Source of the DNA: an uncultured Gammaproteobacteria bacterium
GTDB taxonomy: Bacteria > Pseudomonadota > Gammaproteobacteria > JAURND01
DNA: 64,000 nt
Assembly: GCA_963714975.1 (NCBI GenBank)
Contig: CAVQQD010000003.1
Location: 576,001-640,000 of the forward strand
Direction: 5' to 3'
The translations under genes and the position numbers were made by a program. The notes under the pieces were generated by a model, which worked only from the letters and a program-made list of their open reading frames with translations, searched no databases and was not told the DNA's origin. Shown here one piece after another: positions 1-9,064 of this stretch. Numbering within the stretch: the first letter of the stretch is position 1; every line of letters starts with the position of its first letter.

Positions 1-1135
1 TCATGCCCATTTGCCTAGCTTGTTGAAATAATGTCAGTGAATCCGCTTGCGTAATTATTAAATGAGCGAAATGATCTAAAATTGGCAATAATTCAAATAC
101 CGCAGTTCTTCCCTTATAACCCCCCATACAATGTTCGCAGCCTACTGGTTGAAAAATTAGATTTTTTTCTCCAGCAGATAAACTCAAATTAAGTTGGTCC
201 AAAAAATCATGAGTAAAAATCGCTGCGCGTTTACAGTGGTTACAAAGTTTGCGCAACAAACGTTGTGCAATGATTAAATGAATATTACCAGCTAAAGAAT
301 AAGCAGATAACCCCAAGGTTATTAGGCGGGTTATAGATTCAACCGCGTTATTCGTATGTAAAGTGGACAAAACTAAGTGCCCAGTTTGAGCGGCCTTTAT
401 CGCTATTTCCGCTGTTTCTTGATCACGAATTTCGCCTACCATCAGTATATCGGGGTCTTGTCGTAGTAAGGCTCGCAACACGCACGGGAACGATAAATTA
501 ATTTTTGGATATATGTTAACTTGATTAATTCCCAGTAATTGAATTTCAACAGGATCCTCTACCGTACAAATATTTTTTTCTAATACATTAAGATAATTTA
601 ATATCGAATATAGGGTCACCGTTTTCCCACTACCCGTCGGGCCTGTGACTAACAACATACCTTGTGGCCGCTGAATAGCCCATTCAAATAGTTGCTTTTG
701 CTCATCTCCAAGCCCCAAGTCCTCAATCAGCAAGGAAGTATGACTTGCCACCAAGATCCGAATCACGGTTTTTTCGCCATGAATCGTTGGACAAACATTG
801 ATGCGACAATCCAATGTTTTTTTATCATCCATCTGAAAGCTAAAACGTCCATCTTGCGGCAACCTACGTTCTGCAATATCTAATTTTGATATCACTTTTA
901 AATGAGTTATGATCCGACTCGCCAAATCACCCGATAGTTTGCCTACTTCATGCAAAATTCCATCCACCCGTAAACGAATTCGATAAGCAGTTGCATAAGG
1001 CTCAATATGAACATCAGATGCTTTTTTTGCGATTGCATCTATTATGGTTTGCCGAACAAAGTCAAGCAATTGCTCATCTTCCAAAGCAAAATGGTCTAAT
1101 AAAAATCTTGTAGATTGTAATTTTTGGCTACCCAA
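1..1135 (-). CDS. pilB: Type IV pilus assembly ATPase PilB/GspE family (3' end runs off the window)
   Basis: Absent from the ORF track because there is no stop in the window. Manual translation gives ASDVHIEP, RLRVDG, LDIAERRLPQDGRF, Walker A GPTGSGKT, TVEDPVE, LRQDPDILMVGEIRD, GHLVLSTLHTN, CNHC/CEHC, GYKGRTAVFE. TTG start follows GGAGG. Confidence 0.9.
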   Translation of the reverse strand, partial: MGSQKLQSTRFLLDHFALEDEQLLDFVRQTIIDAIAKKASDVHIEPYATAYRIRLRVDGILHEVGKLSGDLASRIITHLKVISKLDIAERRLPQDGRFSFQMDDKKTLDCRINVCPTIHGEKTVIRILVASHTSLLIEDLGLGDEQKQLFEWAIQRPQGMLLVTGPTGSGKTVTLYSILNYLNVLEKNICTVEDPVEIQLLGINQVNIYPKINLSFPCVLRALLRQDPDILMVGEIRDQETAEIAIKAAQTGHLVLSTLHTNNAVESITRLITLGLSAYSLAGNIHLIIAQRLLRKLCNHCKRAAIFTHDFLDQLNLSLSAGEKNLIFQPVGCEHCMGGYKGRTAVFELLPILDHFAHLIITQADSLTLFQQARQMGM

Positions 1136-1188
1136 GCAAACCTCCAGCCGTATAAATCACGCAAATTTATAAGGCGTATTGCCTTTTA

Positions 1189-1217
1189 TTGCAATACCGT
1201 AAAACCTTGCTTATACT
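1189..1217 (+). promoter_or_regulatory. Sigma70 promoter of tRNA-Thr
   Basis: TTGCAA-17 bp-TATACT, 21 bp upstream of the tRNA. Confidence 0.7.
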
Positions 1218-1238
1218 CTGGTATTTGTTGACAGACTT

Positions 1239-1314
<76 letters not shown>

Positions 1315-1317
1315 GAG

Positions 1318-1379
1318 AATCAAGGAGTTACAAGCCATTTCCAGCAAAACAAAAATCTATTGCGGGACTTTTGCGGGGG
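1318..1379 (+). promoter_or_regulatory. IHF-like site and integrase arm-type repeats (left end)
   Basis: AATCAAGGAGTTA fits WATCAANNNNTTR. Tandem TGCGGGACTT-TTGCGGGG is mirrored by TGCGGGATTTTTGCGGGATT at 35209-35228. Confidence 0.6.
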
Positions 1380-1407
1380 CTATCCTTCCCCCTGTCCTTC
1401 GGGCTGC

Positions 1408-2544
1408 TTACGCGTCCAAATTCAATCCCGTTGAATTTGTGTGGGGGGGCCTAAAGGAACTAGCCTCGTACCCCCTCCTTTTCAGCACCGTAAGTGCAGG
1501 ATTCCCTGACTGACTACAGATTTTGTTCACCGCATTTAAAAGCTGAGTCAGTTCAGCCGCAGAATAATGGGTCGTAATCCTACCTGACTTATGACCTAAT
1601 AAGTCTTGCCGATCCTCAAAACTAACTCCAGCAGCTCTTAAACGTCGACCGAATGTATGCTTAAGATCATGCACTCTAGCATCAGGTAATCCAGCACGAA
1701 TTCTTGCCCGCCTCCAGGCAGAACGTAGCATTCTATCTACAGGCTTACCCTTGTAGGTAAATACGTATTCAGAATCTTCACCACGCACTTCCTCAATTAC
1801 CTCCTTGGCAATATCATTTAACACAACCAAACGGTCTTCGCGATTTTTTACAACTTTGCCTGGTATAATAAATACCGAGCAATTCGGAATTTCAGGTACA
1901 GCTATTTCCCATTCCCATCTCAGGTAACAAATCTCGCGATCACGACAACCTGTATTTACAGCAAACAATGCCATGCGCCGTAAATGCAAAGGCAATTCTT
2001 GAAATAATCGAGCTTGTTCTCCCCAATTCAATGGAAAGGGCTTACGCGCATCTGGTTCCGGTAATAATTTAATTTTCGGTGCTACTTGTAACCAGGTCAG
2101 CCCAAATTCATCTAACCAAACCCCTGCGGCTAAATTCAGAATATGTCGCACTACTTGCAGAGCATGATTAATCGTGCGCATTTTCACACCTGATTTTTTT
2201 CTATCTTCAATGAAGGATTGCAAAGTTCCAATATGCACCGCTTCTAAAGATAAACTGCCAATATAAGGATCAAGTGCTTTGAGATGTCCTGCATCATCAA
2301 TGATGCTCGCCTTATGCTGATTTTCCAGCAAAAATTTAGTAGCTGCTTCGCGAAAAATGCGCTTGGGTCGCACTCCATACACATTGGCTTGTCTGATTTG
2401 CTCAACACGTCGTGCTAAGTAGCGTTCTGCTTCTTCGAGATTGTCAGTGCCAGTGCTTTCGCAAATGCGTCTTCCGAAAACTTGTTTATCGATATGCCAA
2501 GTTTCCCCACGTTTGTAGAGACCTGGCGTTCTTTTGCGTCCCAT
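1408..2544 (-). CDS. Tyrosine recombinase/phage-type integrase
   Basis: NTGCR, HDLKHTFG, LLGH...HY catalytic motifs; next to attL. Confidence 0.93.
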   Translation of the reverse strand: MGRKRTPGLYKRGETWHIDKQVFGRRICESTGTDNLEEAERYLARRVEQIRQANVYGVRPKRIFREAATKFLLENQHKASIIDDAGHLKALDPYIGSLSLEAVHIGTLQSFIEDRKKSGVKMRTINHALQVVRHILNLAAGVWLDEFGLTWLQVAPKIKLLPEPDARKPFPLNWGEQARLFQELPLHLRRMALFAVNTGCRDREICYLRWEWEIAVPEIPNCSVFIIPGKVVKNREDRLVVLNDIAKEVIEEVRGEDSEYVFTYKGKPVDRMLRSAWRRARIRAGLPDARVHDLKHTFGRRLRAAGVSFEDRQDLLGHKSGRITTHYSAAELTQLLNAVNKICSQSGNPALTVLKRRGYEASSFRPPHTNSTGLNLDA

Positions 2545-2765
2545 AAGTTTCTCCTCTTGGATGGGGGACGCCCACTACGGGCCTTATATTGCTCCGCCCA
2601 CTCATCTAAATCAAGTCTGTCAAAGGCGATTCCTTGTTTTCCGATGGGAATAGCCGTTAAGTAAGGCCGAACTTCACCATTAAAACGATGTCTATCCATC
2701 CCTAAATACCTAGGAACATCCCTCAAGCGAATATAGCGTGGCAACAATTCCATTGTATTTTTCAT
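2415..2765 (-). CDS. Probable excisionase / HTH DNA-binding protein
   Basis: PRYIRLRDVPRYLGM...FDRLDLDEW AlpA/Xis-like pattern; overlaps the integrase start. Confidence 0.65.
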   Translation of the reverse strand: MKNTMELLPRYIRLRDVPRYLGMDRHRFNGEVRPYLTAIPIGKQGIAFDRLDLDEWAEQYKARSGRPPSKRRNLWDAKERQVSTNVGKLGISINKFSEDAFAKALALTISKKQNAT

Positions 2766-2919
2766 TGCATCCCTCTTACTAAAAAATGATTACGTAAAAA
2801 TACCGAAAGAAATTATCAGGGAACAAATATACATATGTTGATTTATGCTGAAGTAATATGAGGATCAACAATTGTTAAGTTCAAAAAATAAACTTCTTAA
2901 ATTCATTGGAGATAAATTT

Positions 2920-3993
2920 ATGCCCAAAATCCGTACCGTTAAACCAGAATTATTTCGCCATGAGGCGTTATTTGCAGCCGAGCAAGATTATCAATTACTG
3001 CTACGTTTGGGGTTTATTGGTTTGTTTACCTGCTGCGATCGCGAGGGTCGTTTTCGTTGGCAGCCCCGGCAATTGAAGTTGGATATTTTTCCTTATGATG
3101 AAATCGATATGGCGCGGGTATTAGATGCCCTTGCTGCCCGTGGTTTTATTATTAAATATCAAGCCAATGATAAACTATATGGCTGTATCCCTTCCTGGAA
3201 AAATCATCAATGCATTAACCATCGGGAAATAGCAAGTACCATCCCCGGGTTAGAAGAAGCCAAAATTATTGAGGTCGATTTCGTGTCTGCTGAAATGCCA
3301 CGCGTGGGTGACGCGTCAGCGTCGCGTGCTTCACCCGTGACCCACGCGTCAGTCACAGGTGAGGCACGCGTCGATGACCCGTCAATGTTAGGTGATGAAG
3401 AAAATTTGAGTGAAACAGCCGATAAATCCTGTAATAACAAAGGATTATCTGGATATTTTTCTGGAAAAATGGCTTTAGAAGTTGACGCGTCACTGACGCG
3501 TACCTCACCCGTGGAGCACGCGTCACGGGCAAACCTGGGCACGCCCGGAGGGAAGGGAAGTGGAAGGGAACTGGAAGTGGAAAGGGAAATGGAAGAGGAA
3601 AAGGAAGTGGAACTAAAACCAAACTATGTCGCGCAGGCGCGACGTCGGGAAGTTTTTTCTGGTGATGTGGTTAAAATTTTTGATCATTGGAAAATCACAC
3701 TCGATCATCCACGGGCAGTACTTGATGACAATCGTCAAAAATTAATTTTGCAAGCGCTAAAAAGCGGCTACAGCGTACAACAGCTCTGCGATGCCATCAC
3801 GGGTTGTTCGAAGACACCACACAATATGGGGCACAATGCCAACCATCAGCGCTACGATGGCTTGCACATCATTTTGCGCAGTGCCGATCAAATCGAGCGC
3901 TTTATCCACAATTGTGCTCATCCGCCTTCACCTGGCAATAGCTTGCTGCAATCCAATCTGCAAGCAGCACATGCCTGGCTAAAATCAAAATAA
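2920..3993 (+). CDS. Phage-type replication initiator
   Basis: N-terminus MPKIRTVKPE resembles the MARIRTIKPE phage replication family; purine-rich linker; C-terminal FDHWK...QLCDAITGC domain; internal iteron-like repeats. Confidence 0.7.
   Translation: MPKIRTVKPELFRHEALFAAEQDYQLLLRLGFIGLFTCCDREGRFRWQPRQLKLDIFPYDEIDMARVLDALAARGFIIKYQANDKLYGCIPSWKNHQCINHREIASTIPGLEEAKIIEVDFVSAEMPRVGDASASRASPVTHASVTGEARVDDPSMLGDEENLSETADKSCNNKGLSGYFSGKMALEVDASLTRTSPVEHASRANLGTPGGKGSGRELEVEREMEEEKEVELKPNYVAQARRREVFSGDVVKIFDHWKITLDHPRAVLDDNRQKLILQALKSGYSVQQLCDAITGCSKTPHNMGHNANHQRYDGLHIILRSADQIERFIHNCAHPPSPGNSLLQSNLQAAHAWLKSK
3299..3545 (+). repeat. Iteron-like ACGCGT/TGACGCGTC clusters inside the rep gene (candidate origin)
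   Basis: Two clusters (about 3299-3385 and 3483-3545) of (C/G)ACGCGT(C) and CACCCGTG variants at roughly 11-bp spacing. Confidence 0.55.
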
Positions 3994-4002
3994 ACACTAT
4001 CC

Positions 4003-4047
4003 CGTCGTCCTGGCATGGATGCCAGGACCCAGGTCACAAGGATGTGA
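4003..4047 (+). repeat. REP-like palindromic unit
   Basis: GTCCTGGCAT-GG-ATGCCAGGAC hairpin plus CCAGGTCACAAGGATGTGA tail; homologous to the reverse complement of 7591-7634. Confidence 0.65.
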
Positions 4048-4222
4048 AATCTTGCATTCTGCAGGAACGATATTTTTGCAATACTGTCATTCCCACTAAT
4101 TTGACAGTATTGCCTGCCAATTTTTTTTCGGTAATCATCACCACGAATTTTTCGCAATAAATCAACATCTGTTAATTCAGATTGCGGTAATCTCAACAAA
4201 ATTTTTGCAATGGATGACCATC

Positions 4223-4495
4223 ATGAGCACACCAGGATTTTTTCGAGCGGTTAAATATTTTGGCTCCCAACAAGCTCTCGCCAAAGCGATGGGCATTTCA
4301 CCTCAAGCCGTAAACCACTGGGCGAATCGCGAACATCGCTTGCCCTATGTGCAAGCTCTGAAAATTTTTGTTTTGACGGCAGGTACAGTATCACTGGATG
4401 AATTAGCACCCGAACAACAAGAGCTCAATGCCTTGTTTGGTCGATCTTTTTTTCTGGGTTTGAAACCAAATTCCACTGCGGCAACTAAGCCCTAG
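4223..4495 (+). CDS. Cro/YdaS-like HTH regulator
   Basis: AVKYFGSQQALAKAMGISPQAVNHW...VSLDELAP. Confidence 0.85.
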   Translation: MSTPGFFRAVKYFGSQQALAKAMGISPQAVNHWANREHRLPYVQALKIFVLTAGTVSLDELAPEQQELNALFGRSFFLGLKPNSTAATKP

Positions 4496-4504
4496 GAGAA
4501 CAAC

Positions 4505-5101
4505 ATGCGCTCAGAAGATGCTCCCCAATTTGCGTTATGGATGGCTACTTTAGGTGAATTGTACAACAAAAATGTCAGCACTACCCTCAACGAAATCTAT
4601 TGGAATATCTTGAAAGATTTTGATTTTCAGGAAATAAAACGGGCATTTCGTTATCACATGACTAATCCTGATGGTGGGCAATTTATGCCAAAACCCAGCG
4701 ATATTATTCGCATTATTCAAGGCAGTGCTGAAGAAAAAGCCCTAGCAGCTTGGACTCACGTGGAAAAAGCCATTCGTTCTATTGGCTGTTACGATAGCGT
4801 CAGCTTTGACGATCCGCAGATTCATGCTGTGATAGAGGACATGGGGGGCTGGATTCATTTGTGTGGCAGCAAACTTACCGAAATGCCTTATCGCGCGAAT
4901 GAGTTTAAAAAGCGCTATCAACGTCACCTAATCTCTCAGTGCGACCCAGTTTATTCTGTGTCGCCTGGAATTATTGAACATCACAATCGTCAATTAGGTC
5001 TTGCAGCGCCTGAACCTAAGAAAATCACTTGTGCGAATAGGGCAATTAAGCACTCGTTACCTCTACTCAGTGAAACCCATTTTCTCTTAGAGAGCGCTTA
5101 A
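4505..5101 (+). CDS. DUF6475-like phage replication-associated protein
   Basis: GQFMPKPSDII, AW..V.KAI..IG.Y.SV.FDDP.IH.VI.DMGGW, F.KRY motifs. Confidence 0.75.
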   Translation: MRSEDAPQFALWMATLGELYNKNVSTTLNEIYWNILKDFDFQEIKRAFRYHMTNPDGGQFMPKPSDIIRIIQGSAEEKALAAWTHVEKAIRSIGCYDSVSFDDPQIHAVIEDMGGWIHLCGSKLTEMPYRANEFKKRYQRHLISQCDPVYSVSPGIIEHHNRQLGLAAPEPKKITCANRAIKHSLPLLSETHFLLESA

Positions 5102-5105
5102 ATTT

Positions 5106-5396
5106 ATGTACATTCCCACTTGCAAAAAAATACTAGCATTAATCTTAATCTTTATTTTACCGCTTAGCAGTTTTGCGGCCGGTGGCGATATCCCCACCAT
5201 TACCCAAGCTCTGCAAAGTTTGGTGGATATTTTAACTGGCACAGCGGCACGATTAATGGCGGTTATTGCCATTGCCGCGGTGGGTTATTTATGGCTAACC
5301 GGACGCTTGTCACTGAAACATGCCGTGGTTGTTGGTTTATCAGTGGGTATTATTTTTGGTGCACCCACTATTGCTGGGATGTTAGGAGCGGGTTAA
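5106..5396 (+). CDS. virB2: T4SS pilin VirB2/TrbC
   Basis: Signal peptide plus two hydrophobic helices ending GIIFGAPTI; first gene of the operon. Confidence 0.85.
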   Translation: MYIPTCKKILALILIFILPLSSFAAGGDIPTITQALQSLVDILTGTAARLMAVIAIAAVGYLWLTGRLSLKHAVVVGLSVGIIFGAPTIAGMLGAG

Positions 5397-5399
5397 GCG

Positions 5400-5690
5400 A
5401 TGAAAGACGCTATCACGATTCACCCTTTATTTGTCGGTCTAACCCGACCACCAATACGATTTGGCGTTACGCTGAATTATTTAGTTTTTAATGGTGCGGT
5501 GAGTCTAACCATTTTTGTTGCCAGCCTATCGTTGGTAACGGCTAGCTTAATCGCTTTTGTGCTGCAATTATTTGGTTATATTTGCTGTCTTTACGATGCA
5601 CGAATTTTTGATTTATTGCTTGGCAAATTGCAATGCATGAATTGCAAGAATCGAAATTATTGGCAATGCAATAGTTATGAGCCATTCTGA
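5400..5690 (+). CDS. virB3: T4SS VirB3
   Basis: PLFVGLTRPP..FGV and C-terminal NSYEP motifs. Confidence 0.9.
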   Translation: MKDAITIHPLFVGLTRPPIRFGVTLNYLVFNGAVSLTIFVASLSLVTASLIAFVLQLFGYICCLYDARIFDLLLGKLQCMNCKNRNYWQCNSYEPF

Positions 5691-5699
5691 GAGAAAATC

Positions 5700-8225
5700 A
5701 TGCAATTATTATTAGCAAAAACTCCACGAGAAAAATTAGCAGCACGTGAATGCGCAATCTCATGTTATATTCCTATTTCACATCTAAATTCTCCCAGCAT
5801 GTTTGAAACGAAAAACGGTGCACAAGGCTGTGTAATTGCAGTAAAAGGCTGCCCCTTTGAAGTAGTCGATCGTGAGGAATTAAACTGGAAACAACGGTTA
5901 CTGGCCAATGCGCTATTGACTCTCAATCAGGAATTTGCGGTTTACGTCACTACCCATCGCCACAAGCATACGGAATATCCTTCTGGGAATTTCTCTACTG
6001 GATTCGCGGATAATTTTAATACCGCCTACCGTGATAAAATGGGTCATAAATCGTTATATGTTAACGATATCTATTTCACTTTGCTGATTAAAGGGCCCGC
6101 CGCCAACAGTCTTGGCTTCACCCAAAAATTATTACACCGCCCCATTCAGGCCCGGTTAAATTATTTTCGTCAGCAGCAACAACAAAAATTAGTCCGCGCG
6201 GTTGCTAACATCCTGCAGTCATTGACTGCATTTTCACCACGGCTACTGGGTCAGGAAAAGGACCAACATTATTCTGAGTTACTGAGCTTTTTTGCCTTAT
6301 TAGTCAATGGGGGAAAACATCGAGTTCGTAGTCCCCTGGGGGATATTAGTGCGTATTTGCCCACGCGTCGTGTTTCCGTTGGTTCTGATACCCTCGAATG
6401 GCAAGGCAATAGTCATCCAGATCGACAATTTGCTGCTCTAGTATCGATCAAAAAATACAGTGCCGAATCAAGTTCAGTGAGCTTGGATCAGTTGTTAAAT
6501 CTGGATTTGGAGTATATCAATACCCACTCATTTCTGATTGAAAAAAGTGAAGTGGCTTTAGAGCAGATTCGGAAGCAATGCAAGCACCTCGACGATGCTC
6601 ATGATGCTTCTATTTCCCAGCAAAGCCAATTATTGGAGGCCCAAGATCAGTTGGCGAGTCAACAAATTAATTTTGGTTATCATCATAATACGGTTTTAGT
6701 CTTGGCCGATCATCCCACGCAATTAGAAGATCGCATTGCGGCTTTATCGAAATGCTATCGAGATGCTGATATTACCGTCGTGCGTGAATCGCTGAATTTA
6801 GAAAGTGCGTTTTGGGCGCAAATTCCAGGAAATTTTTCCTATATTCGCCGCAACGCTCTGATTTCATCCAATAATTTCGCGGATTTTTGTTCCTTGCATA
6901 ACTACTCCACCGGCTATATCAACCAAAATCATTTAGGTTCGGCTGTGATGTTAGTGGAAACTACCAGTCATACCCCATTGTATCTTAATTTTCACGAACG
7001 CAGCTCCGGCAATAAAAATGATTTAAGTAAAGGACATACGACCATCATTGCGCCCTCCAATGCGGGTAAAACCACCTTAATGACGGTAATGGATGCCCAA
7101 GCACGAAAATATCAGGGCACTTCGATTTTCTTTGACCGCAATCAAGGCTGTGAAATTTATGTGCGGGCAATGGATGGGCATTACGCCACGATTCAACCAA
7201 GCATCAAAACAGGCTTTAATCCTTTGGCTCTGACCGACACACCAACCAACCGCCATTTTCTGATGCAATGGTTAGCCAGTTTAATCACCACAACAGACTT
7301 CCCCTGCACGACCCAAGAGCATAAGCACATCGAAGCGGTGATTCACCGTAATTACACCTTGCCACCTGAAAAACGCCGGTTGTCGATTTTAGCTAGCTTT
7401 TTCCCTGCAGATTTTAGTTGCTGGGATGCGTTGCAGCCTTGGTTATGTTCGCATGACTCTCGACCCGATGGGCGCTTGGCATATTTATTTGATCATGCGG
7501 TAGATACCCTGCCACTCTCCGTCGTCTCGCTCCCACGGCTTGACCGCGGGATTGATCGCGAGATTCATGTTGCTGAAGAACCTGAAGCTTTGACATCCCT
7601 GTCACCTGGATCCCTGCATCCTGCAGGGACGACGCCTGCAGTAATTGGCTTTGACATGACGCACCTACTCGACAACGAGCCTCCCCAGGTCATTTTCAGT
7701 GTCATGCTGTATTTATTCCATCGCATCGAACAATGCGCGGATGGCCGCTTAATTGGAATTTATCTGGATGAGGGCTGGCAATTTCTCGATAATCCCTATT
7801 GGCAAGAAAAACTCAAAGCTTATTTACCCACCTTACGCAAACAAAATATGTATTTAGTCTTTGCCACCCAATCCCCAGGTACCGTGGCACGTTCGATTTT
7901 ACGAGATGAATTAATTCAAGGCTCTGCGACCAATATTTTCTTACCCAATCCCAAAGCAGAAAGTGCGCATTATATCGATGGCTTTAAACTCACTGCCCAA
8001 GAATATCAGTGGGTAAAAAATACTGATCCCGTATCACGGCGTTTTTTAATTAAACAAGCCCAAGAAAGCATCATTGGGCAATTAAATTTAGCAGGATTAG
8101 AAGATTACATTGCGGTATTTTCCGCCAATAAAACCACCGTGGATTTGCTGACTTCTATTCGCGCTGAGGTAGGTGATAATCCTGCCGACTGGTTGCCTCT
8201 CTTTCAAGCCAGGAGACCACGATGA
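5700..8225 (+). CDS. virB4: T4SS ATPase VirB4 carrying an in-frame palindromic-element insertion
   Basis: FWAQIPGN, Walker A APSNAGKT, LDEGW, TLRKQN, FATQSP, IFLPNP. Confidence 0.95.
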   Translation: MQLLLAKTPREKLAARECAISCYIPISHLNSPSMFETKNGAQGCVIAVKGCPFEVVDREELNWKQRLLANALLTLNQEFAVYVTTHRHKHTEYPSGNFSTGFADNFNTAYRDKMGHKSLYVNDIYFTLLIKGPAANSLGFTQKLLHRPIQARLNYFRQQQQQKLVRAVANILQSLTAFSPRLLGQEKDQHYSELLSFFALLVNGGKHRVRSPLGDISAYLPTRRVSVGSDTLEWQGNSHPDRQFAALVSIKKYSAESSSVSLDQLLNLDLEYINTHSFLIEKSEVALEQIRKQCKHLDDAHDASISQQSQLLEAQDQLASQQINFGYHHNTVLVLADHPTQLEDRIAALSKCYRDADITVVRESLNLESAFWAQIPGNFSYIRRNALISSNNFADFCSLHNYSTGYINQNHLGSAVMLVETTSHTPLYLNFHERSSGNKNDLSKGHTTIIAPSNAGKTTLMTVMDAQARKYQGTSIFFDRNQGCEIYVRAMDGHYATIQPSIKTGFNPLALTDTPTNRHFLMQWLASLITTTDFPCTTQEHKHIEAVIHRNYTLPPEKRRLSILASFFPADFSCWDALQPWLCSHDSRPDGRLAYLFDHAVDTLPLSVVSLPRLDRGIDREIHVAEEPEALTSLSPGSLHPAGTTPAVIGFDMTHLLDNEPPQVIFSVMLYLFHRIEQCADGRLIGIYLDEGWQFLDNPYWQEKLKAYLPTLRKQNMYLVFATQSPGTVARSILRDELIQGSATNIFLPNPKAESAHYIDGFKLTAQEYQWVKNTDPVSRRFLIKQAQESIIGQLNLAGLEDYIAVFSANKTTVDLLTSIRAEVGDNPADWLPLFQARRPR

Positions 8226-8920
8226 AATATCGATTCATTTTCTGCTTGCTATTATGCACCACTACAACTTACGCCGATATTTTTACCGACATCTTCCATA
8301 TTTTAAACCGCCTGGAAAATATTAATCAGGAAATTGATAGCAATACTAATAACATTTCCCAAAACACCCTGGGCCAACTTAATGAATTAAAAAGCGAATG
8401 GAAGAAACTTACTGCAGCTTATGGCATGAGTGATAGCAAACTTGAACAACAAGCACGCCTGTGGTCAGCCAATGATTGGAATGAAGTACTCACGCAAGCT
8501 TCGGGTGGCAATGCTCAACGCTTTCAAGAACTGATGCGCTCATATCAATCCCTTTATCCCACTTTAGAAAAAGGGGTTGCTAAACCCATTGATATAAACC
8601 TACTGAATGCCAATAGCTATAAACAATCCGCCTCTACCTATCAAGCCGCACTAGGAGCTTCGGCTTATACCTATAACGACATCAATTCCCGTATTAGCAA
8701 GTTAGAAACCTTATTGAGTCAAGTGGATAACGAAGGCAAAAATCAAAATGAAAAAGCAGCAATTGATTTAAATTCCCGCTTGACGGCTGAGGTCGGGTTT
8801 ATCCAGCTGGAATTATTAAAATTACAAAGCATTAAACTGCAAATGGATGCGACTAAAAATCAAAGTGAATTTAACAACACGACGATTGACCGACAATTTA
8901 CCCATTATCAACTGCCTTGA
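8222..8920 (+). CDS. virB5: T4SS minor pilin VirB5
   Basis: Signal peptide, coiled coil, KAAIDLNSRL motif, position after virB4. Confidence 0.8.
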   Translation: MKYRFIFCLLLCTTTTYADIFTDIFHILNRLENINQEIDSNTNNISQNTLGQLNELKSEWKKLTAAYGMSDSKLEQQARLWSANDWNEVLTQASGGNAQRFQELMRSYQSLYPTLEKGVAKPIDINLLNANSYKQSASTYQAALGASAYTYNDINSRISKLETLLSQVDNEGKNQNEKAAIDLNSRLTAEVGFIQLELLKLQSIKLQMDATKNQSEFNNTTIDRQFTHYQLP

Positions 8921-8929
8921 GGAATAGTT

Positions 8930-9064
8930 ATGTTGCGATTTTATTATGTTATTTTAAGCATATTGATGTTATCGGCTTGCGCCACCAAAACATTACAAGC
9001 GCCCTGCAATAACATCCATCATCAATGCCAACCTACCGTCAAAATCAATGAGTGGGCGGCATGA
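8930..9064 (+). CDS. 44-aa lipoprotein, VirB7/LvhB7-like (entry-exclusion lipoprotein also possible)
   Basis: Not in the ORF track. MLRFYYVILSILMLSACATKTLQAPCNNIHHQCQPTVKINEWAA with lipobox LSAC; lies between virB5 and virB6 as in Legionella lvh. Confidence 0.75.
   Translation: MLRFYYVILSILMLSACATKTLQAPCNNIHHQCQPTVKINEWAA

Noticed and set aside
692-883. Short opposite-strand or alternate-frame ORFs (e.g. 692-883, 3207-3542, 16360-16740, 23013-23231, 53850-54191)
   Set aside because: Shadows of better-supported genes or elements.
3299-3530. GTGACGCGTCA(C/G) as matS sites for the MatP-like protein
   Set aside because: One base shorter than matS (GTGACRNYGTCAC) and confined to the rep gene, so iterons are the simpler explanation.
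1408-5101. Intact prophage
   Set aside because: No structural, packaging or lysis genes between attL and attR.
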